The position numbers were made by a program, and so were the translations under genes. Below, in pieces: positions 12,639-25,154 of a stretch of 64,000 nt of DNA. The DNA is from Mobula hypostoma (lineage: Eukaryota). Under the pieces are notes generated by a model. That model was given only the letters and a program-made list of their open reading frames with translations. It made no database searches and had not been told where the DNA came from. The stretch is from positions 116,562,001 through 116,626,000 of the forward strand of contig NC_086097.1 in assembly GCF_963921235.1 (NCBI RefSeq), given 5' to 3'. The first letter of the stretch is position 1, and every line of letters begins with the position of its first letter.

Positions 12639-13251
12639 GGTGAGATCCAGCCCCAGAGTTCACCAGCTATTAATGCTGTGACTGGGATGGAACTTCTGTT
12701 ACATTCCTAGTCAAAATCCTTTGAGAACATCCTAAAGATACACATGCACAAAAAAATAAATAAATATCTCAACATCCTGTTCTGCTAGCAGTTGTTCCTT
12801 CAATGAGGGTGCAATACAAGTTAATCGTCCCTGGGCTCAGGGACCAAAGTAAGAGCTGGAAAGTCTGAGGAAGTCTCTATTTTACAGAGTCCAGCAGAAC
12901 AGTACTGTTCTCCTAAAACTGGCACTTGCTTGGTATTGAGCTTCCACTTTAACCTGAGCTTGGGAATCATTTCTGTGTGGTTAGTCTTTAAAAGGCAGCG
13001 GGTACACAAGCATCAATTTTTTTAATGGAGGATCTGTACCATTATCTTGAGCAGACTGTTCTGTCATAACAGATTATTTTTGGTAGCCTATGCTGCCTGT
13101 TCATAACCTGTGGCATGCTAAATCATTCTCTTTTAGCATGAAGTGTATAAGTCTCAAATTGATTAGAAATGCCGGCTGTCTTTGGGAGCTGCTTTGTTGC
13201 TATGTACATAAGTAATGAATGCAGGAAGAAGTTAAACTTGTAACCATTACT

Positions 13252-14033
13252 CATAGAATCATAGAGTCTTCGAGCACTACAGCACAGAAACAAGTCCCAA
13301 AACCTAGCCAGTCCATGCCTGCCTGGTCTTCTGCCTAGTCCTATCTACCTTCCCCCAGATCATAACCCTCTCATCCATGTACCTATTCGAACTTCTCTGA
13401 AATGTTAAGTGTTACAGTTGAACTTGAATCTACCATTTCTGCTGGCAGCTCGTTCCACGGTCACACCACCCTCCGAATGAAGGTGCTTCCCTCAGATTCC
13501 CCTTAAACATTTCACCTTTCACCCTAAACCTATGACCTCTAGTTCTAGTTTCACTCCACGAGAAAAAGTAAACCCTGCATGCATTCACCCTATCTATAAC
13601 CCTCATAACTTTTATACCTCAATAAGATTATTTTATTTGGAGGCACAGCATGGAACCTGCCCTTCTAGCTCATCAAGCTGCACCATCCAGCAAACCACTT
13701 ATTTAACCCGAGCCTAATCATGGGACAATTTACAATGACCAATTAATCTACTAACCAGCAGGTCTTTGGACTGCGGGAGATAACTAGAGCACCCAGAAGA
13801 AACCCATGTGCTCATGGGAAGGACGTACAAACTCTTCTCAGAGATCACCAAAATTGAACTTTGAACTCTGTCATCCTGAGCTGCATTATTGTTGCACTAA
13901 ACTGCTATGCTCCACCTCTCCTCATTTTCCTGTGCCCCTGTAAATAAAATCCTAACCCATTCAACATTACTCTATAAAGCAGGTCCTCAAATCTGGGCAA
14001 TATCCTTGTAAATTTTCTCTGTACTCTTTCAAG
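13252..14033 (-). mobile_element. CR1 3' fragment split by a SINE
   Basis: CATAGAATCATAGAG tail on +; ORF2 C-terminal reverse complement on both sides of 13628-13911. Confidence 0.75.
13628..13911 (-). mobile_element. V-SINE/HE1-like SINE
   Basis: V-domain reverse complement (GTCTTTGGACTGCGGGAG..GAGCACCCAGAAGAAACCC), CR1-derived tail, decayed tRNA head. Confidence 0.75.
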
Positions 14034-14239
14034 CTGATGAAACTCAGTTGAATTCAGATCGAGATAAATAATATTTTTTGTCTGACATGACTATCTCGGC
14101 ATTACCAGAGTATAGTGGCTAAAGTTAAGGTGCAAATCAACCATGATGAATCTGACTGACCATGGAATAGACAAAAAGGCAAAATGACTTATATCTGATT
14201 TTATATTCTGGACCTTTAGCAATGAATTCTCTTCTACCA

Positions 14240-14960
14240 AATGCAATTGTAGCAGCTGCCCAAAAGCCCTGAGAGAAGGCTGCTACCAAATGTGCCATGA
14301 CCAGATGCTGAAGACAGTGGCAGAAAGTGTCTCCTCGGCCATGAACAGTACGTCCCTCCGCCAACCCAGAAAGACCGTGGCCTTTGTCAAAGCTGGAGAC
14401 CAACCATGGCCATAGCATCGGACTGGCAACTAAAGGTCTATCTGGGCAAACAGTTACAGTTCCCTGACTTCATCGTATCATCATCCCTGAGGCCTGACAT
14501 GGTCATTCTGTCAGAAACCTCGAAGCAGGTGGTCGTGGTAGAACTGACAGTTGCTTGGGAAGGCCAGATTGAGGAGGCATTTGAACGTAAGAAAGCCAAA
14601 TACCAGGAGTTAATAGATTCGTGCCAGAGACAGGGGTGAAAGGCATCATGTGAGCCTATAGAGGTGGGGTGTAGAGGTTTTGCTGGCTAGTCACTGTGCA
14701 GAACCTACTCTCCCTGGCATTAGGGGGGCTGCAAAGAAAAGAGCCATCAGGACGTTCTCAGAGGCTGCTGAGCGAGCCTCATAATAGCTATGGATCAAAA
14801 AGTGTGACCCGTGGACCAATGCTGCTGGGGCACAAGCCAGGGCCTGATCAGCTCTGGCAGGGTCACCTGGGCAAGAGTGTCTGATGATGAAAGACCTGAA
14901 ACACCCGATGATCCTGGATTACATCACTGAAGATATGTCCCAGTGCACCTCAGCATTATA
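14240..14960 (+). mobile_element. HERO-like (RLE-type) non-LTR retrotransposon 3' fragment
   Basis: RPDMVILSE..VELTVAWE..EEAFERKKAKY is a PD-(D/E)xK-type restriction-like endonuclease; stop codons follow; 3'UTR is shared with 19651-20156. Confidence 0.8.
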
Positions 14961-15139
14961 ATCTATCTCCAATGGCCTGAGATAGACTCAAGTCAACATT
15001 GTAGCTGCTAGTCAGTAACATAAATAAAGTCATTTGCCTCTTCATGAGAATATTGAGATATTTTTTCCTCTTCAACAAAAATTATGACAAAAAACGTTAC
15101 CTGACAGACATTAGTGATAGTGGACAGTAGATGATATAA

Positions 15140-16455
15140 TTGAATTGAATTGACTTTACTTCTTACATCATTCTCATACATAAGGAATAAAAACCTTTAC
15201 GTTACGCCTCTGTCTAAATGTGCAATGTGCAATCATAGTAATTTTTAAATAATTTATAATAAATAGAATAGTCAATGTAACATATGTAACCCCTTCTGGC
15301 CACCATCAGGGTCGCTCGGCTCGCTGTCGTCAAGGGGAACAGCCTCGGCCCCGCCAAACTGGGTAATAGTTTGTTTGGATGCTGTGTGAGGTACCCCACC
15401 CCACCCAAATAACAGACAATACACCAGATGCAATTAAGTGATATACAGTTTATAGATATTACAGGAACTATATAATTAAGAGAGAATAAAATATAAAAGG
15501 AAAATAAAAGGCGCCACACTTATCAAAGTTCAATCTCTTCGTGCACAAAATTGTTGGAGCTCAAGGACCTTCTTCTTCACCCTGCGACCCCCTCGGACCA
15601 CCTCAACCGGCCGCCTGGGACCAACAACGGTGGTCGACCAGAACGCTCCGCACAAGTCTGTCTCCGTCTCCTCGCTGAACGCCCTCCTCGGGGTCCGACC
15701 CCTTTAGCGGACATCACAGCACCTCGTCCATCCTCTGTCTTGCTCTCTCGCCTTCTCCCTCAAAATCCCGCACATACAGTATCTTCAAACACACCAAAAC
15801 CATAACAACTATCCCAATTGGTTAATAGCATCCTCTTATCACCCTTTAAACCAAAACAAGCTGCTAGCGCAAACTTTCTCAGCGTTTAACACAACAAAGC
15901 TGCATTCTCCACATTAACATAACAAAGACGTCATTTTAATTAGCCTCCACAGTAACATAAATGTCGAAACCCCCTTACACATAGAAATGCACTCAAATCA
16001 GCATGAGTCCATCAGTCTGATGGCCTGGTGGAAGAAGCTGTCCCAGAGCCTGTTATGCTCCGGTACCGTTTCCCGGATGGTAGCAGCTGGAATAGTTTGT
16101 GGTTGGAGTGACTCAGGTCCCCAATGATCCTTTGGGCCCTTTTCTCACACCTGTCTTTGTAAATGTCCTGAATCATGGGAAGTTCACAACTACAGATGCG
16201 CTGGGCTGTCCGCACCACTCTCTGCAGAGTCCTGCGATTGAGGGAAGTACAGTTCCCATACCAGGCAGTGATGCAGCCAGTCAGGATGCTCTCAATTGTG
16301 CCCCTGTAGAAAGTCCTTAGGATTTGGGGGCCTATACCAAACTTCCTCAACCGTCTGAGGTGAAAGAAGTGCTGTTGTGCCTTTTTCACCACACAGTTGA
16401 TGTGTACAGACCATGAGGTCCTCGTGATGTGGATGCAAAGGAACTTAAAGCTGTT
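15140..16455 (-). mobile_element. Rex1/Babar LINE 3' fragment with a solo LTR in its 3'UTR
   Basis: ORF 16012-16392 (KKAQQH..LRRLRKF..IESILTGCITAWYG..LLPSGKRYRS); ATTGAATTGAATTGA tail on +. Confidence 0.85.
15285..15979 (-). mobile_element. Gypsy-type solo LTR, family B (695 bp)
   Basis: TGTAA...TTACA ends; exact 4-bp TSD CATA at 15281-15284 and 15980-15983; related to 25785-26419; strand inferred. Confidence 0.85.
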
Positions 16456-19400
16456 AAATTAAAATCCTAAGGCACTTTTTCATTTCGGGAAGCTTTATTT
16501 GGATAATATGCATCTGGGGCCATGTTAAAGTTAATGAAAGGTAATGCACAGTAATTCCTGCTGTGAACGTGATGACTAATAATTACTTGTAATTTAGTTT
16601 GATTAATTAAACTGACAAAATAGTTGGAGTTGTTAATAAAATATAATGCTGTAATTAGATGCATTATGATTATTTGTTATAATTTTGCGTGTCTTCATCA
16701 AAATGGCGGTGTGTAGAGACACAGCAGCTTCCCTGGCTCCCAATAATGGTGCCTGTTTTAAATTCTTAGTCAGTATTTCAAAATTTCCAGTCTGAGATTT
16801 CAGTCAACCAAAGCTCTGCGAATAGAGCACTGCCTAACTCTTAGACAAAATTACTTTTAATCCACCAGCAGCAGAGATAATAGTGGTGTTTAACAGATTA
16901 TGGAGCCTATGCACACCAGGGCTGGCGACAGCGACCTGTCTAGGCAGCACAGCCGAGGGAGGGACAGATGCAGAGAGGAAACAGAAATATGGCAAAAGAG
17001 CCCAGACACCAGCTAGACTAAGAGCTAACCCAAACTGGCTGGCAGCACCATCACTCTTCCTAGTCAACGCACGCTTGCTGGAATATAAAATGGACTCACT
17101 GAAACTGAAAATGAACACAGAAAGAGATAAGAAAATGCTGGATTCTAGTCTTCACTGAAACATGGCTAAACAAAAACATGCCCGACTCAGCATTTCAGCT
17201 CAACAGAGTGACTGTTCCTTGCAGACAGAAACTCCCTGTTGGAGAGCTATAGTCTGGGCGTACATTAACAAAGGCTGATGCACATACTAATCTGTAGTTA
17301 GCAGTCACTGTTCAGAGACTATTGAACAAGCATATTACCTGCTCAGGGAGTTTATTGTTGCATTCACCACCGCTGTCTATATCCCACCCCCACCAAAGTG
17401 CAACTGCCAAGGACGCACAGGGAGAGCTTTAAGTATCTTCAACTCTCTACTAAACAAGCATCTTTGTAATTGCAGGAGACTTCAATCATGCTCACCTGCA
17501 GGACATTTTACCCAAAGTCCACCAACATATCACCATGGTAACTAGGGGAAGAAACAGACTGGACTATGTTTATACAACCAGATGCAATAATTACAAAGGC
17601 ATCCCATGCCCTCATCTTGGCCCCTCTGACCACATCTCCATCATGTTAATCCCAGCATACCGAAAGCTGCTGAAAATGGAGTGACCAGTCAAGAGGACCA
17701 ACATTGCATGGCCTAATGAGGCAATCTCCATGCTCTAGGACTATGTTGAATGGACAAACTAGCAGATGTTCAGGTAGGCCACCACAGAAGACACAGACCT
17801 TGAGGAATATGCTTCATCTGTGATTGGCTACATCAGCAAATGTGTAGATGATATTATTACGTCAAGAATGGACATCTCACAGCCCAACCAGAAGCACTGG
17901 TTGAATGCAGATGTACACTCCCTACTAAAAGCCCAGGACACGGTCTTCATGTCTGGAGACAGAACAGCTCTCACAGCAGCCAGGGAAAGCCTCATCTTAG
18001 GCATCAAGAAGGCAAAGACTACCTGTGCACAAAAAATTCAGGAACACCAGTGTGAAAACAACCCCTGGCTGGGTGTCGAGGGCATTACTGACTATGCAAG
18101 GGAAAACAGCGCCAACTAGCGGTGATACTTCACTGACACTCTAAACCACTTTAATGCACGCTTTGAGGCATGCAACACAATGCCAGCCACAAAAGCTAAA
18201 CCCGGTGAGCAGTCACTGTCTGTAACAGCAACAGACGTGAAAAGGACTATGCAGACAGGCAATGCCCATAAGGCAGCCAGACCAGCCAGCATCCCAGGCC
18301 GAGTACTCAGTGAGTGGGCACACCAACTCTCTGATATCTTCAACACTCCACTCATCCAGGCTGCTGTGCACAAATGCTTCAAATCTGCCACCGTTATCCC
18401 TGTCGCCAAGATCTCTACACTCTCAGAACTAAATGACTGCCATCGGTGGCACTGACATCAATCATCATGATTTGCTTCGAACAGTTATTAATGGCACTTA
18501 TCAAAACTCCATTCCTGTCACATTGGACACTCACCAATATGCTTACCAACAGAACCGCTCTACCACAGATGTCATGCACCTGGCCCTGACACACCTAGAA
18601 AACCTGGAAAATATACGTCAGAATGCTGTTTCTGGATTTCATTTCCTCATTCAACAATACAATCACACAGATCCTGGTGGACAACCTCCTACTCCTCAGT
18701 CTAAATATATCACCGTGCAACTGGGTGTTGGACTTCCTAACCAACAGACCGCAGATGGTCAGGATGCACAGCTCTCCTCCCTGCCCATCATCCTCGGCAT
18801 GGGTGCCCCCAGGAGCTGTGTACTGAGCCCACTGCTGTACACTCTGCTCACGCGTGACTGCACAGCCCAAAACCCGATCAATCACATTGTCAAGTTTGCC
18901 AATGACACGCCAGTGGTGAAGCTCATCACCAACAATGATGAGACAGCCTACAGAGAGGAGGTGGAATAACACAAGGCCTGGTGCCAGGTACTCTTTCTCA
19001 ATGTCATCAGAAAAAAAGGAGTTGATTACCAACTTCTGTAGAATTCACACCACTCACCCCCCCTCTTTATATCGGCAGCACAACATGGAAACTGCGGGCA
19101 GTTTTAAAGTCCTGGGAATGCACATCTTGCACAATCTCTCATGGTCCCAGAACAAATCTCACACAATCAGAAAAGCAAACCACTGCCTCTGTTTTCAGAA
19201 GAGGCTGAAGAGAGCTGGACGATGCACATCTACACTCACATCACTCTGCAGATGCGCAGAACAGAGCACCCTAGCATATCACATCACTGCTTTGTTCGGA
19301 AACTGCTCTGCGGTGGACAGGGAGGCTCTTCAATAAACAGTTCAAACTGCCTAATGCACCACCAGCTCCAACCCAACTGCAATCAAGCACTTGTTTACAG

Positions 19401-19650
19401 ATAGGCCGGGAAGAGGGCCTGTGACGTCATGAAGGATCCCACCCACCCTACTCATGAACTCTTTGACCCACTTCCATCAGGGAGTAGGCCATTTAACATC
19501 CTCACCAGGAGCACCAGACTCAAAAAGAGTTACTTCTCCTAGCAGTAAAGCAGATCAACACCTCACGCACTAACCCACCACTCCACACGCCCATGACTTT
19601 ATTGTTTCCTGTCAGTCACCTTATGTACAGACACACCTGTGCCTAGTGTC

Positions 19651-20156
19651 ATTTTCCACCACCCTGCGACCAGACATTGTCCTAGTGTCTGAGTCTACTA
19701 AGCAAGTGGTGCTGCTGGAGCTGACAGTCCCATGGGAAGATAGCTTGGAAGAGGCCTTTGAAAGGAAGCTCTCCAAGTACGCAGGACTGGTCAGCAACTG
19801 TCAGCAGGCTGGACGGAGATTGAGGTGTCTCCCAGTGGAGGTTGGTTGTAGGGGATTCATAGCCCGTTCTTTAGCCAGAGCCTTCAGCATTTTGGGCATT
19901 GAGGGAGAAAGGAAGAGGAGCGCCATCCGCAGTACCACCGATGCGGCAGCGAGGGCCTCAAGATGGCTGTGGCTCAAAAGAGGGGAGCCATGGAGTCATA
20001 AGTAGCTAGCCATCTGGACACAAGCTGGGGTCTGATCAGCCCCGGCTGGGTCACCTGGAGGAGGTTGTATGATGTTGAAAGACCCGAAACACCCGATGAT
20101 TTCAGGAACATCACTGAAGATGTGTCTAGAAGCATCAATAGATGTATGTACACAGG
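19651..20156 (+). mobile_element. HERO-like RLE retrotransposon, 5'-truncated
   Basis: Open frame LRPDIVLVSE..LELTVPWE..EEAFERKLSKY..PVEVGCRGF..ASRWLWLKR* followed by a 3'UTR; inserted in the Rex1 3'UTR. Confidence 0.85.
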
Positions 20157-20227
20157 TATGTACATACAATTAATCTATGTAAAGCTATTTTATGTATTTA
20201 TAATTATTGTGTTTTTAGCATTGTGTT

Positions 20228-20962
20228 TCTTTCTTTCTTTCTTTTCAAATCTTTTTATTGTTATATACAGGAAAAATAATGAGTACATCGAAGTAACAAT
20301 ACTTACAATTCCTCAAAAAAAGACATTATCTTAAAGATTGAAAACATTTTGTGATAACAAAAAAGACCTACTAAGCAAAAAAGTGAGAAAAAAAAAAGAA
20401 CCCATTAGGTGTACAACCCCGGAGCCATGCGTCATACAAAAAGCTTCTAAAAATAAACATCAAACCGCCAGCAAGAAAAGAAATTATACCAAAAGAATTG
20501 ACTATTAGATCGTGGAAAAATTATATCAATTAACTCAAATGATAATAACGAGCAAATGAGCCCCATCTTTTCTCAAAATCAAATAAAGATTCAAAGGTTC
20601 GACTTCTAATTTTCTCCAAACTAAGACATAGCATCACTTGAGAGAACCATTGTGACAAAGTGGGAGCTGATGTATCCTTCCACTTCAGCAAAATGGCCCT
20701 CCTAGCTATCAATGTAACAAATGCAATAACATATTGGTCAGACACAGAAATACCATGAATATTTTGAGGAACTATTCCAAAAAGCACAGTTAATTTATTA
20801 GGTTGTAAATTAATTTTAAGTGCTTTAGAAATTGTTGAGAAAACCAACTTCCAGAACTGTTCCAATATAGAATGAGACCAAAATACATGTGTCAGTGTAG
20901 CTATCTCAGTTTTACATCTATCACAATGACTATCAACATTAGGAAAGATTTTAGGAAGGAGA
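20228..20962 (-). mobile_element. L1-clade LINE 3' fragment
   Basis: ORF 20530-20865 (FW..V..IS..LFG..ARRAILLKWK..P..W..LEKI..W) is an L1 ORF2 C-terminus; AATAAA plus A-rich tail; ATTGTGTT duplication at 20220-20227 and 20963-20970. Confidence 0.85.
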
Positions 20963-21569
20963 ATTGTGTTCTTTATCTTGGTTTGTTTTATTTGTGCTTC
21001 ATCAGATCCGGAGTAACAACTATTTCTTTCCCTTTTAAATTCGTCTACTGGAAATTATATTGAACAATTTTGAAACTTGAATTTTGAATGTATGCAACAA
21101 AGACTCCTCTGATCAAAGCAGGAGATCAATAAAAGGATAACATTGATCAGTTCTGTGATTGTCATAGTTCAAATATTATCATTATTTTCAGTATGTTTAT
21201 TAAGTATATAAAAGTTACATTTTCTATTTGAAGCAGCAGTTTCAGATCATGAGACACAGTGACTTTGGGTTCACTTTCTATAAAGCCCTCTATACTATAC
21301 TAACCTATGCAACCATGCAGTTTCAAGCAGAAGCAATCAAAGTTGCTCACATAAAGTGTAGATCTGACATGTTTTCAGTCAAATAATAAATATCACTCCA
21401 TGAATTTCTATGTACAGTACTAATTAGAAGGTGTGTACTACCTGGAGTGCATTGATCTCAACAATACTCAGAGGGTGGCAAAAAGTCTGCACCTGCAAAA
21501 ATGCATTAATATATGACATGACCCTGCTTTTGATGTGAACCATGGGATATCAAGTCAAACCTCCCCTGG

Positions 21570-24500
21570 TGGGGAGGTTTGCAAAGGCTATTGGGGAGAG
21601 TTTAATCTAAAATTGCTCGGGGGTGGGAACAGAACTGAAGTGACGGAGGAAAGGCAGGTTGGCTCACAGATAAGGAAAGCTTGGAGACAGTGTGAAAAGG
21701 AGGATAGGCAGGTGATAGAGAAGGGATGCACTCAGATCAATGGTTTGAGATGTATCTATTTTAATGCGAGGAGTATTATGAATAAAGTGGATGAGCTTAG
21801 AGCCTGGATCAGCACTTGGAGCTATGATGTTGTGGCCGTAACAGAGACTTGGATGGCTCAGGGGCAGGAATGGTTACTTCGAGTGCCAGGCTTTAGATGC
21901 TTCAGAAAGGATAGGGAGGGAGGCAAAAGAGGTGGGGGCATAGCGCTGTTGATCAGAGATAGTGTCATGGCTGCAGAAAAGGAGGAAGTCATGGAGGGGT
22001 TGTCTACGGAGTCTCTGTGGGTGGATGTTAGGAACAGGAAGGGGTCGATAGCTCTACTGGGTGATCTTTATAGACCGCCCAATAGTAAGAGGGACATTGA
22101 GGAGCAGATAGAGAGAATGGATTCTGCAAAGGGGTAATAATAACAGGGTTGTTGTGGTGGGAGATTTTAATTTCCCAAATATTGATTGGCATCTCCCTAG
22201 TATGAGGGGTTTAGATGGTGTGGAGTTTGTTAGGTGTATTCAGGAAGATTTCTTGACACAACATGTAGATAAGCCTACAAGAGGAAAGGCTGTACTTGAT
22301 CTGATATTGGGAAATGAACCTGGTCAGGTGTGCTAAACACAAAATAATCTGCAGATGCTGGGGTCAAAGCAACAGTCACGACATGCTGGAGGAACTCAGC
22401 AGGTCGGGCAGCATTCGTGGAAAAGATCGGTCAATGTTTCGGGATCGTCAGGTGTCCGGTCTCTCAGTGGGAGAGCAATTTGGAGATAGTAATCACAAAT
22501 CTATCTTCTTTACCATAGCATTGGAGAGGGATAGGAACAGATAAGTTAGGGAAACGTTTAATTTGAGTAAGGGGAAATATGAGGCTATCAGGCAGGAACT
22601 CGGACGCATAAATTGGAAGCAAATGTTCTCAGGGAAATTTACGGAAAAACTGTGGCAAATGTTCAGGGGATATTTGCATGGGGTTCTGCGTAGATATGTT
22701 CCAACGAGACAGGGAAAGGATGGTACGGTACAGGAACCGTGGTGTACGAAGGCTGTTGTAAATCTAGTCAAGAAGAAAAGAAGAGCTTACGAAAGGCTCA
22801 AAAAACCAGGTAATGATAGAGATCTAGAAGATTATAAGGCTAGCAGGAAGGAGGTTAAGAGTGAAATTTGGAGAACGAGAAATGGCCATGAGAAGGCCTT
22901 GGTGGACAGGATTAAGGAAAATCCCAAGGCATTTTACAAGAATGTGAAGAGCAAGAGGATAAGACGTGAGAGAATAGGACCAATCAAGTGTGACCATGGA
23001 AAAGTGTGTATGGAACTGGAAGAGATGGCAGTGATATTTAATGAATACTTTGCTTCAGTATTCACTATGGAAAATGATCTTAGCGATTGTAGGGATGACT
23101 TGCAGCGGACTATAAAGCTTCAGCATGTAGCTATTAAGGAGGAGGATGTGCTGGAGCTTTTGGAAAGCATCAATTTGGATAAGTCACCTGGACCAGACGG
23201 AATGTACTCCAGGCTACTGTAGGAAATGAGGGAGGAGATTGCTGAGCCTCTGGTGATGATTTTTGCATCATCAATGAGGACAGGAGAGGTTCCGGAGGAT
23301 TGGAGGGTTGCAGGTGTTGTTCCCTTATTCCAGAAAGGAGTAGAGATAGCCCAGAAAGTTACAGACCAGTGAGTCTTACTTCAGTGGTTGGTATGCTGAT
23401 GGAGAAGATCCTGAGAGGCAGGATTTATGAGCATTTGGAGAGGCATAATATGATTAGGAACAGTCAGCATGGCTTTGTCAAAGGCAGGTCATGCCTTACG
23501 AGCCTGATTGAATTTTTTGAAGATGTGACTAAAAACATTGATGAAATTAGAGCCGTAGATGTAGTGTATATGGATTTTAGCAAGGCATTTGATAAGGTAC
23601 CCCATGCAAGGCTTATTGAGAAAGTAAGGAGGCATGGAATCCAAGGGGACCTTGCTTTGTGGATCAGAACCAGCTCACCCACAGAGACAAAGAGTGGTTA
23701 TTGATGGGTCATTTTCTGCATGGAGGTTGGTGACCAGTGGTGTGCTTCAGGGATCTGTTCTGGGACCCATACTCTTTGTGATTTTTATAAATGACCTGGA
23801 TGAGGAAGTGGAGGGATGGGTTAGTAAATTTGCTGATGACACAAAGGTTGGGGGTGTTGTGGATAGTGTGGAGGGCTGTCAGAGGTTACAGCAGGACATT
23901 GATAGAAAGCAAAACTGGGCTGAGAAGTGGCAGATGGAGTTCAAACCAGATAAGTGTGAGGTGGTTCATTTTGGTAGGTCAAATATGATGGCAGAATACA
24001 GCATTAATGGCAAGACTCTTGGCAGTATGGAGGATCAGAGGGATCTTGGGGTCCGAGTCCAAAAGATACTCAAATCTACTGCGCAGGTTGACTCTGTGGT
24101 TAAGAAGGCATAGAGTGCACTGGCCTTCATCAATTGTGAGATTGAGTTTAAGAGCTGAGGGGTAATGTTGCAGCTATATAGGACCGCAGTCAGATTCCAC
24201 TTGGAGAACTGTGCTCAATTCTGGTTGCCTCGCTACAGGAAGGACATGCAAACCATAGAAAGGGTGAAGAGGAGATTTACAAGAATGTTGCCTGGATTGA
24301 GGAGCATGGCTTATGAGAATAGGTTGAGTGAACTTGGTTTTTTCTCCTTGGAGTGACGGAGAATGAGAGGTGACCTGATAGAGGTGTACAAGATAATGAG
24401 AGGCATTGATCGTGTGGATAGTCAGAGGCTTTTTCCCAGGGCTCAAATGGCTAGCATGAGAGGGCACAGTTTTCAGGTGCTTGGAAGTGGGTACAGAGGA

Positions 24501-24729
24501 GATGTCAGGGGTAAGTTTTTTTTATGCAGAGAATGGTGAGTGTGTGAAATGAGCTGACAGCGATGGTGGTGCAGGCGGAAACGATAGGGTCTTTTAAGAT
24601 TGACACGTGGAGCTTAGTAAAATAGAGGGCTATAGGTAAGCCTAGGTAGTTCTAAGGTAAGGACATGTTTGGCACAGCTTTGCAGGCCAAAGGGCCTGTA
24701 TTGTGTTCTAGGTTTTCTATGTTTCTATG
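21570..24729 (+). pseudogene. CR1 LINE with a complete but disrupted ORF2 (APE plus RT)
   Basis: YFNARSI..VTETW..YRPP; GDFN; KSPGPDG; YRPVSLTS; QHGF; YMDFSKAFD; QGSVLGP; KFADD, split across ORFs by stops and frameshifts; TTTCTATG tail. Confidence 0.95.
22332..22446 (-). mobile_element. Penelope terminal-module insert (115 bp) in the CR1 APE region
   Basis: 9-bp TSD GTCAGGTGT at 22323-22331 and 22447-22455; sequence matches the other PLE termini (ATGCTGCC..CTGCTGAGTTCCTCCAGCA..CAGCATCTGCAG). Confidence 0.85.
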
Positions 24730-25154
24730 ACCCTGTATTGACGTCTTCTGAAGGGATTATTCGTGGTTCCCTTTTATGCTTATCACATTGTTTACATACT
24801 GATGAGCAAGAGTTCTGACGGGTCAGTTAGCTATCAATAGTCCTCTTTCTTGAGTTGTAGGATACAAAGCAGCAATTAAGTTTAGACTTCTATATTCAGT
24901 GCTCATTATGTTAACCTCTCTTTGAGAGGAAACAGAATGTGATTTGGATTGCAGTTCTAGTTGAGAGTGAGCTTTCAGATGTCTGACATTGTTATGATCC
25001 ACTGTCATATTGAATATTTTGCTACCGACCCTTGTGCTATTGAACCTGATGACATTCAACTGGCCAGTTCAGATGAAAGTGTTTTTAACTTTAGCATTGA
25101 TCTCATTGCTTTCTGTGCATGGATGTTGTTTGACTTGTAGAGTATTACCAACTT

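Larger units (their letters stand above)
16690..21088 (+). mobile_element. Near full-length decayed Rex1/Babar-type LINE (APE plus RT) with two inserts in its 3'UTR
   Basis: 5' AAAATGGCGG; RKQKYGKRA..PSLFLVNAR..KMD at the APE start; [42 protein letters not shown] (mutated FADD); many stops and frameshifts; TTGAA-type tail near 21060-21088. Confidence 0.9.

Noticed and set aside
13114..13140. 9-bp perfect hairpin CATGCTAAA/TTTAGCATG in unique DNA
   Set aside because: Too short to separate from chance; the region might be a conserved non-coding element, but that needs an alignment.
14881..14905. CTGATGA..GAAA as a hammerhead in the HERO 3'UTR
   Set aside because: No stem II can form between the boxes, and the second copy reads ATGATGT.
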